Notes under the pieces: generated by a model
Database searches by the model: none
Told to the model about the DNA's origin: nothing
What the model saw: the letters and a program-made list of their open reading frames with translations, nothing else
Position numbers and translations under genes: made by a program
DNA from: Takakia lepidozioides
Lineage: Eukaryota > Plantae > Bryophyta
Assembly (NCBI GenBank): GCA_030704615.1
Contig: CM060733.1
Location: 61,814,001-61,878,000 of the forward strand
Direction: 5' to 3'
DNA: 64,000 nt
Shown: one piece after another, positions 48,930 through 62,289 of the stretch
How positions within the stretch are numbered: position 1 is the first letter of the stretch
How the letters are laid out: every line of letters begins with the position of its first letter

Positions 48930-51900
48930 AGTGTCAATCCAGGGATCAAGGCAGATTTAGGCCCTGAAGTGGTTATCTTCACGGCAAGCGCAGGAGGCTC
49001 ATCTTTCTCGAGTTGAGCCTCACCGCGCCTAGCTATGGCGCCGTAGTGTGGATTCCCCATGGCATGGGGTGCACTTGGCTTGACTTGTATTTGAGTGATG
49101 AGTTTATATATGCATGAGTTTATGCTTCAGCTTTAGAGCTCGCATGAGCTTGTGCTTGTATTCTTCTTCTTTATCACTCGAGAAAGATGAGCTGGAGTCT
49201 GTGAGTGCCAAGTTCAAGTTGCGTTGTAGCACTTGTGGTTTTTGCTTGAAAATGAGAGAAACCAGGTTGTTATGCAAGGAGCACCGTGGAGCTCTTTGTT
49301 GTTAGAAGCGGAGGTGATGTTGGTTCCGAGGTGGTGGACCACGGCATTCGATCTTCAGCTTCAGAGATGAAAGCACCGTGCTGCAGGTAATTCCAGAGCA
49401 CCTTGATAGTTTCAAATTGTGTGCGGTGAGCACGAGTGGGAAGAGGCTCAGTCATGAGCATATAAGGCTGAACGAGAGCAAGTTATAGTGGCTCTGGCGG
49501 CAAATCTGAGAACTGGCTTTGGGATACGAGCTTCCATGGTGCGGAAGAGTAAAAGATCAAGCGAGAGGGCTGATTTGGCTTTGGGGCAAATCGGTGCACT
49601 TTGTGGAGTATGTTGAGATTGGGTTTCAATCTCAAGCTTCAGCATTGAGAGGGCTCTTGCCATGGCAAGAGCAGGGCTGGAACAGGAGCTAAGAGGTGCG
49701 GCAAGGCCATGGAATGTGCACCTAGGGTTTCAGAGCTTGGAAGAAGAGCTCTTGCACCACAAGAGGAGTGTCTTGTGGCTGGAAATATAAACCTTAGGGT
49801 TTCAGGAGCTTGGCAAAGGCTATAGATTGCTTAGTCTTGTCTTAGAGAGCATCAAGGAGCCAAAGAGCCAAGATAGGGGGCTGATACCTCTTGTATGAAG
49901 GGGTTGCATGTGTGGAGCATGCATTCAACCCATTGAAGCTTCCATCTTCAAGCTTGGAGGGCAAGCAAGGAAGAGGGAAGGGCTGATTTCTCTTATGTGA
50001 GGGCAATGTTGTGGAGCATGCTTCCAGCTTGCTGAAGCTTGTATTTTCACGTTGGTGGGTGCAAGAAAGGAAGCAAAGGGGCTGATTCTCTTGTGGTGAG
50101 AGTGGGGCATGTGTGGAGCATGCCTTCAGTCCATTGGGGTTTTGTTTTCAAGCTTTAGAGAGCTAGAATGGAAGGGCTAGGGCTGGTTCCCACTTGGGTG
50201 AAAGAAAAGCACTTGTAGGGCATATGTGAGTTGGGGTTTCAACCTCAAGCCTAGATAGAGCATGGCTCTTGAAGTGGCAGGTGTAGGGGGCTGGAATAGG
50301 CTCTAAGACACATACTATGACCAAGGAGAGCGCATGAATAAGTGCTCACAAGGGCTGGAAACCAACAAGGCTCGGTTGTTTGCCATTGAGTTGAGAGGCG
50401 GGTTTTGGGAGTCTAATTGAGAAAGAGGGCTTGGTTTGTGGCAAACATTTTCCTCATGACTTAGAGCTTTTGTTGGTGGTGTGTGGGAGCCAAAAAGAGC
50501 AAGAATACCTTGCTGATTTCCTCACAACCACCATAGCTCGGTGCAAAGAAGCCTAGAGTCCAAGAGACACAAACCCTAGCTTGGTGTGGCTAAACCCCTT
50601 GGAGAAATGGCTAAACTGCCATGAGCGGCCATGGATGGGGCTGTGACGGGCTATGACAGGCTGTGGCCTGTGGGGCTGTGACCCTGTGACCTGTGTAGGG
50701 CTGTGACCTGTGGCCTATGGGGCTGTGACGGCTGTGATCTGTGAAGCTGTGATGGGCTGTGATAGGCTGTGACGGCTGTGGCTTGTGTGGGGCTGTGACG
50801 GCTTGGCATGTGATCTGTGTGGGCCTGTGCTGGTCTGTGGTGGCCCGTGTTGACCTGTGGACGGCCTATGCTGACCCGTGGAGGCACTGGTGGACTGTCT
50901 GAGGACTAGCATGTGGTCTTGAAGGCCAAATTTCGAAGCTCGTGGAGGGCGGTTTGAGGAGTATCTTCATGATATTCCCATGGTCATGCAAGTGAGGGAA
51001 GAGAGGAGAGGAAGAGTGTTGGGATGAGGGCATGTTGGGATTAGGCATTGCTTTAGATTTTCTTCCTCGTAGTTTTTCACCCTCTCATTAGGTCAAGACC
51101 TTTCCGTAGGTGGAGGCAAGAGTCAGTCCGGGTTTGGGCTGGGGTGTCCTTGCAGGAGCGACACCGAGGAGTTGTTTTTAGGGTGGGGGAGTTGTCGTTC
51201 TGATTTCTTGTGTTTGGATCCCCTCCACACCTGCATGCTTGATTGTGCGCCATGTTAGTTTTGTGTAGGCGCTTGTTTTTATAGGTGATTGGTCCGGATT
51301 TGATCACCGGCCAGTCCTAGAGCTTGTTGTCGATGGTCAGGCTGGGGTGATGACCAGTCAGACCATCATTGTTTCTCTTGTGGTGAGGTTGGAAGTGATT
51401 ACCAGCCAACCATGGGAGTGCCTGAGGTGGATGCAGGTGCAGGTGCAGGTGCAGGCTATGTTAGGAATCTAGTATTCCAAACCATAAGCTGCATCAGGTT
51501 CTCTATCCAGTTACTTTGTGGAGATGGGGTTAGGGACATGTTCATGACCGGTTGAGTGTCAGTTGGTCAACATGGAGATGCCACTAGTTGTTGGGGAAAG
51601 TGCCGGTTCGAGCACTAGCGATACTAGTGGGAACACGAGACCAGGTGTGCGGTTTAGGCCACCTTCACCACCTGTGTCTTCTATGGAAGGTTCTGATTCG
51701 GATTGTGAATTAGGAGGACTCACACCAGTGGTGCAAGTTCCTTGCCATTGTTGTGGGACACAATGGAGGAGATGTATGGAGCTACCAAGGGGCCACGTCG
51801 ATACTCTGGGGCGGTGGGCACCATTGAGCTAGACGATTTTATCCAAGAGTTTGATAGTTGGTGTGATTTGCAGCAAATGCGCAATCCACAACTATTTACG

Positions 51901-53881
51901 CCTTTTAAGGCATGGAAGGGGCTATTTCAGCATCTTGAGGGGCCGCCCATGGATGATTACCATGAGTTCAGGCGGGGGCATGAGGTTGAGATTGAGGAGT
52001 GGAGGATGTATTGGTCACCCGACTATGTCTCCATCACTAGGGGCACTAGAGCCACGAGGGCTGTGGCTACACCTGCAGCTTCAACAAGCAGCATTGGGAC
52101 TAGTGGGACTGGTGGTACCATAGCTATGACGTCCACCCAAGCCACTGCCGCACCAGCACCAGTACCCGTGCTTGCCTTCAACCCTGTTGTGGAGTTCTTT
52201 GAAGAGTTGAAAGGGAACTACCAAGGGGTGAGGATAGAAAAGTTGCGGAGCTTGCAAGAATTCCAACGGAAGCCTACTAAGAGCTTGAGGGAGGCTTTCA
52301 CTCGCATGAGGCGCTTGATAAATGTAACCCAAGGGGTTACAGAAGCTCAGGCAGTCCAATTCTGGTATGGGATATTGGACAAGGAGCTGAGGAGAAGGGT
52401 GCAAGATGCAACTCTCCTACAAGTGGCCCAACCCATCTTAGCAAATGTGTTTTTTGCTGGCAAAGCGGATAGAGCTCAACATGGTGGAGGAACGAGGAGA
52501 CACCACGGGGTAGTGGTGCTCCTAGCCAACCACTACTCAACGTGGTCAAGGCGACAAGGGGGCTTAGGTGAAGCCCAGGGAAGGACAGAGAGGACCTCAG
52601 ATACAGGGGTCTCTCCCTTCGTTTGCAGGCCAACAACGAGCAAATGTGGTGTGTTGGACATGTGGAAGACCCCATGTCAAGAAAGATTGCCCAAAGAACG
52701 GCAAAGGGTTGGCTCAGGTATAGCCTGCACAGTTGCAGTGTGGGCATTGTGGCAGTTTGGGCATGGAGAGGCTCAGTGTTATGACTTGCATCCTGAGTTG
52801 CGGCCAGGCCAGTTCCAACGGAACAATGGTGGCCGGGGCGAGGTGGAGCAGCTCAAAGAGGACGAGGTGGCTAGGCACAAGGTGCAGGCCAAGGGCAAGC
52901 TCAGCATGGCCAGGGACGAGGAGGTTAGGGTGTTGACCAAGGCATGGCCAATCGGCTTCAGCAGCTAGAGTAGCGACTTATTGCCATGGCTACAGCTCAG
53001 GTGGTACCAGCTCCAAGGCCTGAGGGTCCACCTCCTATGGGAGGCATGGAATTCATGTGCGGAGCAGCACTACCACTAGTGCAGGTGGAGTCTGCTGCAG
53101 CCGTGACTCGAGGAGCAGCACGAGTTTCTGAGCCACGAGGTGCGGAGGTGGAGTTGGATCCACAGCGTGGGGAGGCAAGCCGTCAGGCTAGGCTGCCTCA
53201 ATCATTCACATTGGCAGAGACAGCGTCGACGCCATCCATGGTACCTAGTTCTCGCCCGACTGCTACCGAGGTGGAGATTATTGTGCCATTGGGGAGAGCC
53301 ACACGGGCAGCACCACTACCTGCTGCCAAGGCTACGGCAGCTAGTGTGCTGCTGGGGGCGGCCACATCTGTATGTCAGGCTCCATTGTGCTCGGCTACCA
53401 TGATTGCGACGCCAGGGGTAAGACCAGCTGAGGTGTTCAGGCTGGCAGCTACACTCTGTGAGAGTGGGGAGGTTACTTCATCTTCTGCGGAGATAGTGGG
53501 AGGTGTAGTGACGGAGGGATCCTCGGATATGAAGGTCAAGACTGCCACGGCGGCGCCATGGCAAGCTGCAGCTGCTAGGTTGGCGGAGCTGCCAGCTAGA
53601 CCAGCCATTGAGCGCGCCATGGTGACACCTGGGGTTGTCATGTTAGACAACCAGGATGGCATTTTCTGTTTGAGTGGACCGGCAGGCAAGAGATACTGGC
53701 CACTGCGAGTCTTGTTGGACTCGGGAGCTTAGCCATTGATGCTGGGTAGAGCTGCTATTGTAGGCTTGGGCCTCACGGAGGCGGATATAGAGCCTTGTCC
53801 TTTCCAGATACAGACATCTCTGAGAGGATCGGAGCAGGCTCGGGGCATGACACGGCGTGAGTTGGCTATCAGACTACGGCC
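48930..53881 (+). mobile_element. Second Ty3-like retrotransposon remnant (long non-coding 5' region, gag, protease)
   Basis: GCTGTG microrepeat 50640-50890; gag-like 51563-52968 (LDDFIQEFDSWCD...KLRSLQEFQRKP...LREAFTRMRRL) with frameshifted Cys-His knuckles; protease RVLLDSGA* (~53706-53730). Left boundary approximate. Confidence 0.65.
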
Positions 53882-54628
53882 TGTCGAGCACCTCACTTCG
53901 GTAAGCTCATCTTCACATCATAGTTACTCGCTTTGATGCGTGCGCCTAACTCCCAAACTGGCCGCCGGGGGTTTCACAAACAACACCGACCTTTTATGGC
54001 GAACCACCATGAAGACCCTTGACTCCCGATGATGAGTCGCGGTGAGTCTTGGCCCACCCACCACGGCCCCAATGGACCGTGATGAGTCCCAAGACTCCCC
54101 ACGACTCCCACCACAAGGTCTCCGCCCCATAATGAGTCCTATGCCACCCCCACTAAGACCCACTAAGCTACCACCACCCCTCGTGGAACCACCCCCACCG
54201 CAACCCGGTGTGCGGGGCTCCACCTAGTGAGCGCCTTCGCCTCCTTGAGTGCCTTGGGCACTCAAGGGTGCTTCAGCCCCCGTACCTATTGTTGCCACTG
54301 CCCCCACCACAGGGGCAGCCCCTTTTGTGTCCCAACCCCCTGCCCTCAAGGCAAAGGGCCGCAACACACACCCCTACCAAAAGGGAGTCGATGTCCTCAT
54401 TGACTTCTCCATTTTGTAGAAACTAATATCCAAGTTGTGGCGTCCCACATCAAGGAGTTTGTTTCCGTACCATGGCGTCCATAGCAAAGAACCAAACCCC
54501 CACTTGACTCTACTCTCCACTAGCTAGTTTGGCCGACTTCTTCCAAGTCCCAGCCAAGGGTGGAGCCTCTCCAGCTCCACCCAGTGCACGCTTCTTGGCC
54601 CACTTCAAGGCCAAGGAATGATCCTCCC
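53882..54628 (-). mobile_element. Truncated relative of the chromovirus (internally deleted LTR plus 3' UTR)
   Basis: TGTCGAGCACCTCACTTCGGTAA...AAAGGGCCGCAACA (53882-54366) matches the 22177-22905 LTR minus an internal block. It is followed by sequence matching 22906-23170. Confidence 0.9.
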
Positions 54629-57600
54629 TGTTGGAGGGCTGCTTGGGACTTTAACGCTTTTACGGGTTCTGTGGGGTACCGTTAATTTTTACATAGACTG
54701 AGACCAACAGAAGCCTTAGGGGTGACAGCAGTAGACTTTAGGGGGGGGGGGGGGGTTACACAACCCGACACAGCCCGACACAGCCGGTCACAGCCGCCAT
54801 AGCCGACACAGCTCGACAGTCACAGCCGCCACAGCTCGACAGTCACAGCTGCCACAGCCGACACAGCCCGTCACAGCCAACACAGCCCGATACAGCCCAA
54901 CACAGCCTGACACAGCCAGTCACAGCCCGTCACAGCTTCACACAGCCCAACCAGTTTTGCACAATTGTCACAGTACAGGGGGAACGGTTAACATGGACAG
55001 GGAACGACTGTGTGGGAACGACATCTGCAGAGGGAATATGTTACTTCAGGGGTGACAGATAGTTAGCAAGGCGGTTAGAACAACTTGTAGGTAGATAAAG
55101 CCAAGAGCAGGGACTTTTTGGGGATCACTTATTGGATCACTTCTTAGACATCAGGGGAGAAGGTCAGACGGAGGGCACGATCTTGGAGCTCAGGGATGAT
55201 GATGATTACACAGAAGAGGAGATGATGACTTGATGGAGGTTTATTTCATGCAGAGCTGTAGTGATACTGTAGGGCGGATTAGAGTCACCTTGACATTGGC
55301 CTAGTACCTGATAAATCGTAATCTGATACCTTATTCGATACAAGCACACTGTGTAGAGAGACATGAGTGAAGCTGTGAAATAAATGCATGATTAACTGGA
55401 ACTAAGAAGATACTGAAGCAATCTGATGCTTCAGTATCAGATAAGGTACATTGATAACATGAAGGCAAGAAGGAATACAAATGGGAAGCACAACCATGAT
55501 TCACTAGCTGCAGGTCATGACTGATTGTACTGAGCGGGCTGAGTGCTTAGAGATATCCAACTCTTCTATCTTGGAGTTTCCACCTCGGATAGCAAAGGGA
55601 TGGGTGAGTAAAAGCCGCTTGACATTTGGCGACCATACTGGGGAACTAAGTCTTGAACAACCAGATGTGACAGGCATCTGGTGGGATCATGGTGGTTGGA
55701 GAATTCAAGAATTTGATGTGAATCAAATTCCCTGTGAAACTGAGAAGGAAAGCTTGTCCAAACAATTCTTTCAGAGGTTCTTGGAATTGCCAGACGGTTG
55801 TAAAGAAAACATTCTTAAGAGAGTGCATGATGCTGACCCTGAGTGGGGTCTGGAGAAAGGGGTGATAAAGATTTATCAGGTGGCCTGTAGGGGAAGAGCA
55901 CGTTGGTTACCAACACTGGTTTATGTGATAGCATTGCTATCCATTAAGCGAGTAGAGTTTGAAGGCTGGGAGGAAAGGAAGGTGAATGTTTATACTCATA
56001 TGCATGAAGAGCTTGTACTGGTAAAGAATTGGATTCCAAAGGATACTCTGTGGATCAAACTCACACCAAGAACAGCTTTCTTGACGTGTTTGCCATATGG
56101 TTATATGGTAACAGAGACTTCTAGTATAGCCAAGGGTGCATTAAAGCTGGAAAGAAACCCAGGCATATACGAGAGATACTACAGAAGAGAGTTTTGGTTA
56201 TTGCCACATTAAAGAAATGAAAGACATGGGACATGAGTGATGAAAAAGAAGCTAGACTCCAGAGATATTCAGCAAAAAGAGAAAGTTATCTGAAAGCTAA
56301 TTATCCATATCTTTGGGAGAGAGGAATAGACATAGGGGAATCATCTGGACCTCTCACACCATTAAGATCAGAGAGTACAACACCCATACTGGAAGAACTA
56401 GAGTTGGATGCCACTCCTTCTTTTTCTTTGCAAGAAAGATTAAGGGAATTGGTACGGGAAGAAGATCAACCACGAGGTGAAAGATCTGAGGTACATCCCT
56501 GGATAAAAGATTTGACAGAAATCTTTGATAAGAGTTGGCATGGAACACCAAAAGCAGGAACTCCAGTTTCTGAAACGGAAGGTGAAGAAGGAGGAGAAGA
56601 TGTGGCAGAGCCAACGGAGAGTTCAGACTCTCCAACACCATTGTAGTTGAGTTACATGAGTGAAGAAGAAACCCAAGGGCAGAACTTGGAGGATGAAAAC
56701 AGAGAGAAGAAATTGGAAGAGGAAGAGTATGAAGAAGTAGACCCAACAGCTGAGGTTGAGACTACAACCAGGACATCCCAACCCGTTGGACCCGGATCAA
56801 GTGGAGCACTTGGATCACAGGCCAACGAAGGTGTCGGCTCAGGGGGATCAGGCGGGCAGCCTGGATCTGGCTCTGGGGGGACAGGGAGTGTGGGAAGTAG
56901 TGCAACTGGAGCTGGGAATACTGTGAATATCGTGGGGCCAGTAGCAGGGAGTGCTCAGGGGCCACCACTGGGTGGAAGATCCACCACAATTACAACAGGT
57001 CCTCAAGGACCAGCACCAGCAAGGGGGCCAACATCTGTCAGTGGGCAGAAGGTAGGGCCACAGATGGCGTTACAACCAACACGGGAAAAAACCACCTTTT
57101 CCAATATATTCAGGAAAAGGGGATCCTGATGTACACATTAGCCAATTTTAGCACATGTGTATTGTGAACAATGAGAATGGTGATGATGCCAAGATGAGAT
57201 TGTTTCCTTGTTCACTTATCAAGAAAGCAAGTGAGTGGTATGCAAGATTCCCGGATAATCATTTCCTAAGCTGGAATGGCTTGAATACAACATTCCAAAA
57301 TAGGTTTATGACAAGTAAAACTGAGGATGAAGTGTATGGAAGTTTACAACAGTTAAAGCAAAAGAAGCATGAAACTGTTGAGGAGTATATGGAAAAAATG
57401 GAATTGATGATGAAAAAGCTGGCTGTTGTACCAGCACCAGGTTTACAGAAGACTTGGTTTGTGAGTGGACTAAGACCAGAGTTGCAAAAGAAAGTGGATA
57501 TGTTACCCCATAATACAGTGGAAAAGGCATTTGAAACAGCGAACAGAATTGAGCAATTGGGAATGCTTAGGAGAGAGAAAAGGGATGATTAAGACTCTGA

Positions 57601-57751
57601 GGATGAGTTGGATGAGGAAGAAGAGCAAGAGCTGAAAAGGAAGAGTAAGAGAATGGAGAAGTTGAAGAGGGATAACTATGAGAAAAGATTAGAAGAAATC
57701 TTGAAGAAGTATGCCACAGAGGCTGCAACACATTGGAGGAAGGGTGTTTGG
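54629..57751 (+). mobile_element. Second copy (inverted) of the 40700-44001 retrotransposon, with a longer upstream extra ORF
   Basis: Starts TGTTGGAGGGCTGCTTGGGAC, CACAGC tract 54760-54975. ORFs 55517..56212, 56233..56646, 56647..57129 and 57155..57592 are near-identical to the ORFs at 41082-43672. Confidence 0.88.
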
Positions 57752-58175
57752 TGATATTCACTCCAGAGCCTCCATCTATCAGTACATCAGTTAGTTCTGT
57801 GCTTCCAATTCTCAATTGGATTATTGGCATAGAATCATCAAAGTCCATGACTGTTTCTCGCCCTTCTGGCTTCACATTATAACTAGTCACCTTGCTGTTC
57901 AGGTCTGTGTTCTCTGTCACATGGGCAATTCGATTGATTGCTTGATACAGCCTGTGTCTACAATAAGGTGCCACAGCCAATAGCTGTCCAATGGTAATCT
58001 CCGCTTTGGACTGGCATATTACTTCAGCCAAAGTCCCTTCATTACTCTGCATGTCTGCAGCTTCTTTCTTCCTTTCATCCTCACTCACTTCCTCTTCTCT
58101 TTCAAAATCAGAGGAATCTGCCATAGGAATATCAGTGCTCTTCTGCATTTCCCTTATGGTATCTGCCACTTCCTT
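57752..58175 (-). mobile_element. Inverted gag-end/protease segment of the same retrotransposon
   Basis: Matches 40788-41211 (KEVADTIREMQK...VLIDGGSGVNI). Confidence 0.88.
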
Positions 58176-60360
58176 GGAGAGGACACACAATCGGAGATGC
58201 TTCTTTGGCAGGGAATAAACGAAAAGATGGCCAAGGCTGGATTGCCCCCTCCCAATTTCCGTGGTTTCATGGCGGACAACGCACAAGCAAATTGGGCTGC
58301 CATCCGAAGGGTGTACGGGCAAGACCCCAATGTTCCCATGGAAGGCAAGGAGAGATCTTGTGGGTTCCATTTTCTGCAGAGCCTTTCGCAGTACACAACC
58401 AGGCTCGTGGTGCCAGATTTCAGAGAGGAGCACCGTTCCATGTGCCTTGCGTGGAAGCGCGCTCCCACCTTGGATGATGCAGAGACACAGTTTGCATGTA
58501 TACGGGCTTGGTGGACATTGTCAGGTGCTGTAAGGAAATCAGACGAGGGAGCAATGGTCAGTTGGCTAGCATGGTGGCATTATCGTTTCCTCCAGTTCGG
58601 CGACTATATGCGGGAGGTAAGTTGCACGAATTCGCGTCCCGTTGAATATTATTCTTGGCCATATTTGTAACTTGCTTGTAACCTCAACATGTGCTTGTGC
58701 AGGAAATGTGTCTTGACTCCGACACCGACATGCCCACGACAAACATGGCCGAATCAGTGCACTCTTCCTGGCGTGCCTCCTCTGCGGCGCATCTGGTGGA
58801 CATCCTCACTGCCACAACGGAGGACATTGTGAGGTCAATTATGCAGCAAAGCAGGTACAACGAGTTCTTGAAAGGGAAACAGTGGGGCTTGGGGCCGGAC
58901 AGGCAGGAAATGCTGATGCGGACTGCCTCTAGATCGAAGAATCCTCGGAAGTGGGCTGCGGCCTTGCAAGAGGGCCTTCGGGACACGCCATTGCTGCGAA
59001 GAGGCCAACATTTGGAAGAAGATGTTCATACCCGTCCAGTGAGACGAAAACTTGACGAGGCACCTGGCGGAGAATAGGATTCATGGCGAGCTGACAAGAA
59101 TATTTGCACGCTCCCTCGTGGTCCCGTGATGTTGCCCGAGGAGGTCTCGTCGAGCACCGCAAGTCCTGCACGTTCAAGATCGTCATCTCCTTTGAGCACA
59201 GGGCGCGTGCCCCGGCAACATAACGAGCCATCTGTAGTAAAGCAGTACAACATTCCCATTGTGGAGACAAGAGTGTCGGAGTCACAGTGGAGAATTGCGA
59301 GGACATTGCCGGCATTTCGAGGGAAGTGCTGCGCCATCCGGGTAGATACGAGAGCACGCTGTGGTGAGATGATTCGGAGGAACCCACACGGTGCTGTACC
59401 TGCACCTTGTTTCAGCGGCAGATTTTTGACTCCCACATTTGCTCACGCCACAATGCAGACATTTTGGTTCTGTAGGCACGACATAATGACCTGTGTATTT
59501 GGCAAGCCCAAGTACGGGATTCAAGGAATGCCGAAGCCTCCGGGCGTCTGGCCTGTTGCACCGGGTTGCAGCCTCTCTCAGAATGAGGCGGATGCTCTAT
59601 CTGCAGCAGGATTTCGAATGGTGCAACACACAGACATCCCGGCCCACGCATTTCCGGTTCCTCAGACCCAACCATTGCAGACTGCTCGGTCCAGTAGAGA
59701 CGGATTGGACAATTCTGCACATCCCACAATGCGATTCGGAAGAGTGAAGAGACGACACCCTCCCAACAAGTTGAATGAGACTCGGATTGCCAATGCTCTT
59801 GGGATGGCGCCGAATTTCTCTTTTTTGGGCCGAAAACTGGCTAAGTCCCAACATGCACTGGTACCGTGTCTGGAAAAATGGCGCCGAATTTCTCTTTTTT
59901 GGGCCGAAAACTGGCTAAGTCTCAACATGCACTGGTGCAGTGTCTGGAAAAATGGCGCCAAATTTCCCTATTTTGCGCCGAAAACTGGCTAAGTCCGAAC
60001 ATGTCATGAGGGGACCTATAGCCGCGGAATTCGGCACCATTTTTCGCCAGAGAGACCTATTACCGCGAAATACGTCGCCGTTTTTTCAGGTTACGGACCC
60101 TATTACCGCGAAATTCGGCGCCATATTTGCACATGTCGCTGGGAATTGGCATGAGCGGAAGACGAAATATCATGAGCACAACTGTCAAAACTACAATTTT
60201 CCCTTCAAGTGGCCGAATAATATATTTGTTTTTCCTGACACATTGCATTAAATTAATGTTTTTTTAGTGTTTTTTATTTTTGAAATTTGTACTTCTGCTC
60301 ATGAAAACCGATTGTTTTACTACTCCGCTCATGCCGCTCATGCTCATGAAATAGCTAACC
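58176..60360 (+). mobile_element. 3' half of MULE copy 2 with subterminal repeats and intact terminus
   Basis: Near-identical to 31114-32740, lacks the SWIM exon, then the 72-bp repeats (59805-60000) and terminus ...GCTCATGAAATAGCTAACC (60360). Confidence 0.88.
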
Positions 60361-60422
60361 TCATAATGAAGATGGCAGTGATGTGCCTGAAGATGATGAG
60401 GCTTGGAGAGATGAGAAGGAAC

Positions 60423-62280
60423 TGCCCACTGGTGATTTGTAATTCGCTTGATATGGTCGAACATGACCCAACTGTTTGACAAGTCCCCACTCGTCATCCT
60501 GTCGACCAATTCGACGCCGCTGCCAGGTCCACACGTGGACATTTTGAATACGAAACAACGATCTGCCTCAGTCCCTTGTCCTGGAAACCTACTTCCATGA
60601 ATGTAGTCATATCCACATCGTCGCTTCACCTCCAGAATAGAGTGCATATCCGAGCCACGCCCAATTTTCTGTTTGCATGAGACAATGTGGTTTCAGACAT
60701 TCAGTGAACATACGTGGGACACCGACTCCAGCAATGCCTCCATTTCCTTCTCATCGAGAGGAACTCTATCGGAGCCGTCTTCCGACATAATTCTGGCCAA
60801 GGCCATCTTATGGGCAGCTTGGAGCTGTATCTGTTTGGGTTTGGCACCCGGTCTCAACTTAACCTCCTCCTGAACGAGCTGCTCTGCCTCGTGGGCAGCC
60901 TCCCGCGAGTTCCCCCTCGCCAATTTGTGACAATAGGAACCAACGTGTATGCAAGCTCGGGTGAGGTCAGGGAAACGGTGCAACACATAGAACTGCTTGG
61001 CATTACAAACAGACATGCAGTGTGGTTGTTCTTTGCAATGCGCACACTTAAATGTGGAGTTCGGAACCTTCTCCTGAGCTCGAAATGGTTGATGAGCTGT
61101 GCCTGTCCAATCGGTCTCGTTCCTGTGACCTCTGGATTTAAAGTGGAAGCAAGTTGGGGAGAAACACCGCAACGCGCCCGCACAAATAATGTAGCGCACC
61201 CGCACACCATCGAGCATCTTCATGCTGGTGGTTTTGGTAACGCACCAAGGATGACCGTCATGTTTTCTATCCATATCTGTCAACATTCCGGACGCCCTCG
61301 AGTAGTCCGCCCGAGGAGAGAACTCAAAGAAGATATTACCGTCGACGTCGGCGGGAAGGCATGTAACCGATTTAATTGCGAACTTGCTGTACTCCAGCCC
61401 GGCCAGCTCCGACCGGTGTCCCTTCAGGTGAAGCCCTCGCAGAATTTCAAGAATAGATTGAACTGCGGTGCTCGTGCTGGGAATATGACTCCCTCGTCCA
61501 CTGACGTCCATTGAGGACTTGCCTGATCTCCAGGACGACCTCGGAACTTCCATGACCTCGTCTGAGTCGGACAGGTTGTGAACAACCCGGATCTCGCTCG
61601 TCTTCATGGATGGGTTTGGCTCTGGATTTACTTCGTTGCGGACTTCTCTCTTTGAGGTAGCCACTCTCTGATTCGCGGATTGTTTCGTGGAAGGCGCCAG
61701 GATAGAAGGTGCATTTGGCGGGCAAATGAAGTCCCCAACAGCCCTGTATATGACGCTGTCCGATGGTGGAACTCGCCATTCCCTGCCATCGCCGAAATCA
61801 TCATGGAGCACAACAATACTCTCGACAACAAGGCCGTTTGAGTCCTTCCTTTCCTCCTCCAAAAAAACCGACCCCGGTTTCAGGTGGTATCGAACGCACA
61901 GATATTTCTCCATCACCCGGCAGATGTCCCCACTGCACGGAAATGAAGCTCTATGCTCGTGAGGAGGGCAGTACACTGTAGCGCTCGGGTTTTCCGCCAT
62001 GGGAGATGTGCACACAAGACTGCCAGGATAGCGTGCGGGGAAGCTCCCTGGTAGAAGGAGGATGCAGCGATGGGAAGGAATGCGGTGCCGATTTGTCCGA
62101 GCGACGAAGCCTGATCCAAATCCAGGGAGCCAACTATCTCAAAAATCCACAGTTAGAGTGTTAATGAATCTTGTCTCCGGAATGCGGCCCCTGGTCTTTG
62201 CGCAATAATTGCCAACGGTATGCAGTCAGAATGTGGGGGGCCGTCCGGATGATGTCGGCTAAAGGGGAGAAGCCGGCACC
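60423..62280 (-). pseudogene. 5' half of MULE copy 2 transposase (GCM-like domain)
   Basis: ORF 60693..62015 (440 aa) and 60264..60647 match 29420-31037. It has CGA codons where copy 1 has TGA stops. Confidence 0.9.
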
Positions 62281-62289
62281 GTGCCGTCA

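Noticed and set aside
57567-58433. 288-aa ORF as a novel fusion protein
   Set aside because: It crosses two rearrangement breakpoints; only the middle is genuine retroelement protease sequence.
16815-60360. One 43.5-kb element bounded by the two matching termini
   Set aside because: The flanks differ (PPR fragment vs gag), no TSD is evident, and the 60360 end belongs to a second, inverted copy of the transposase.
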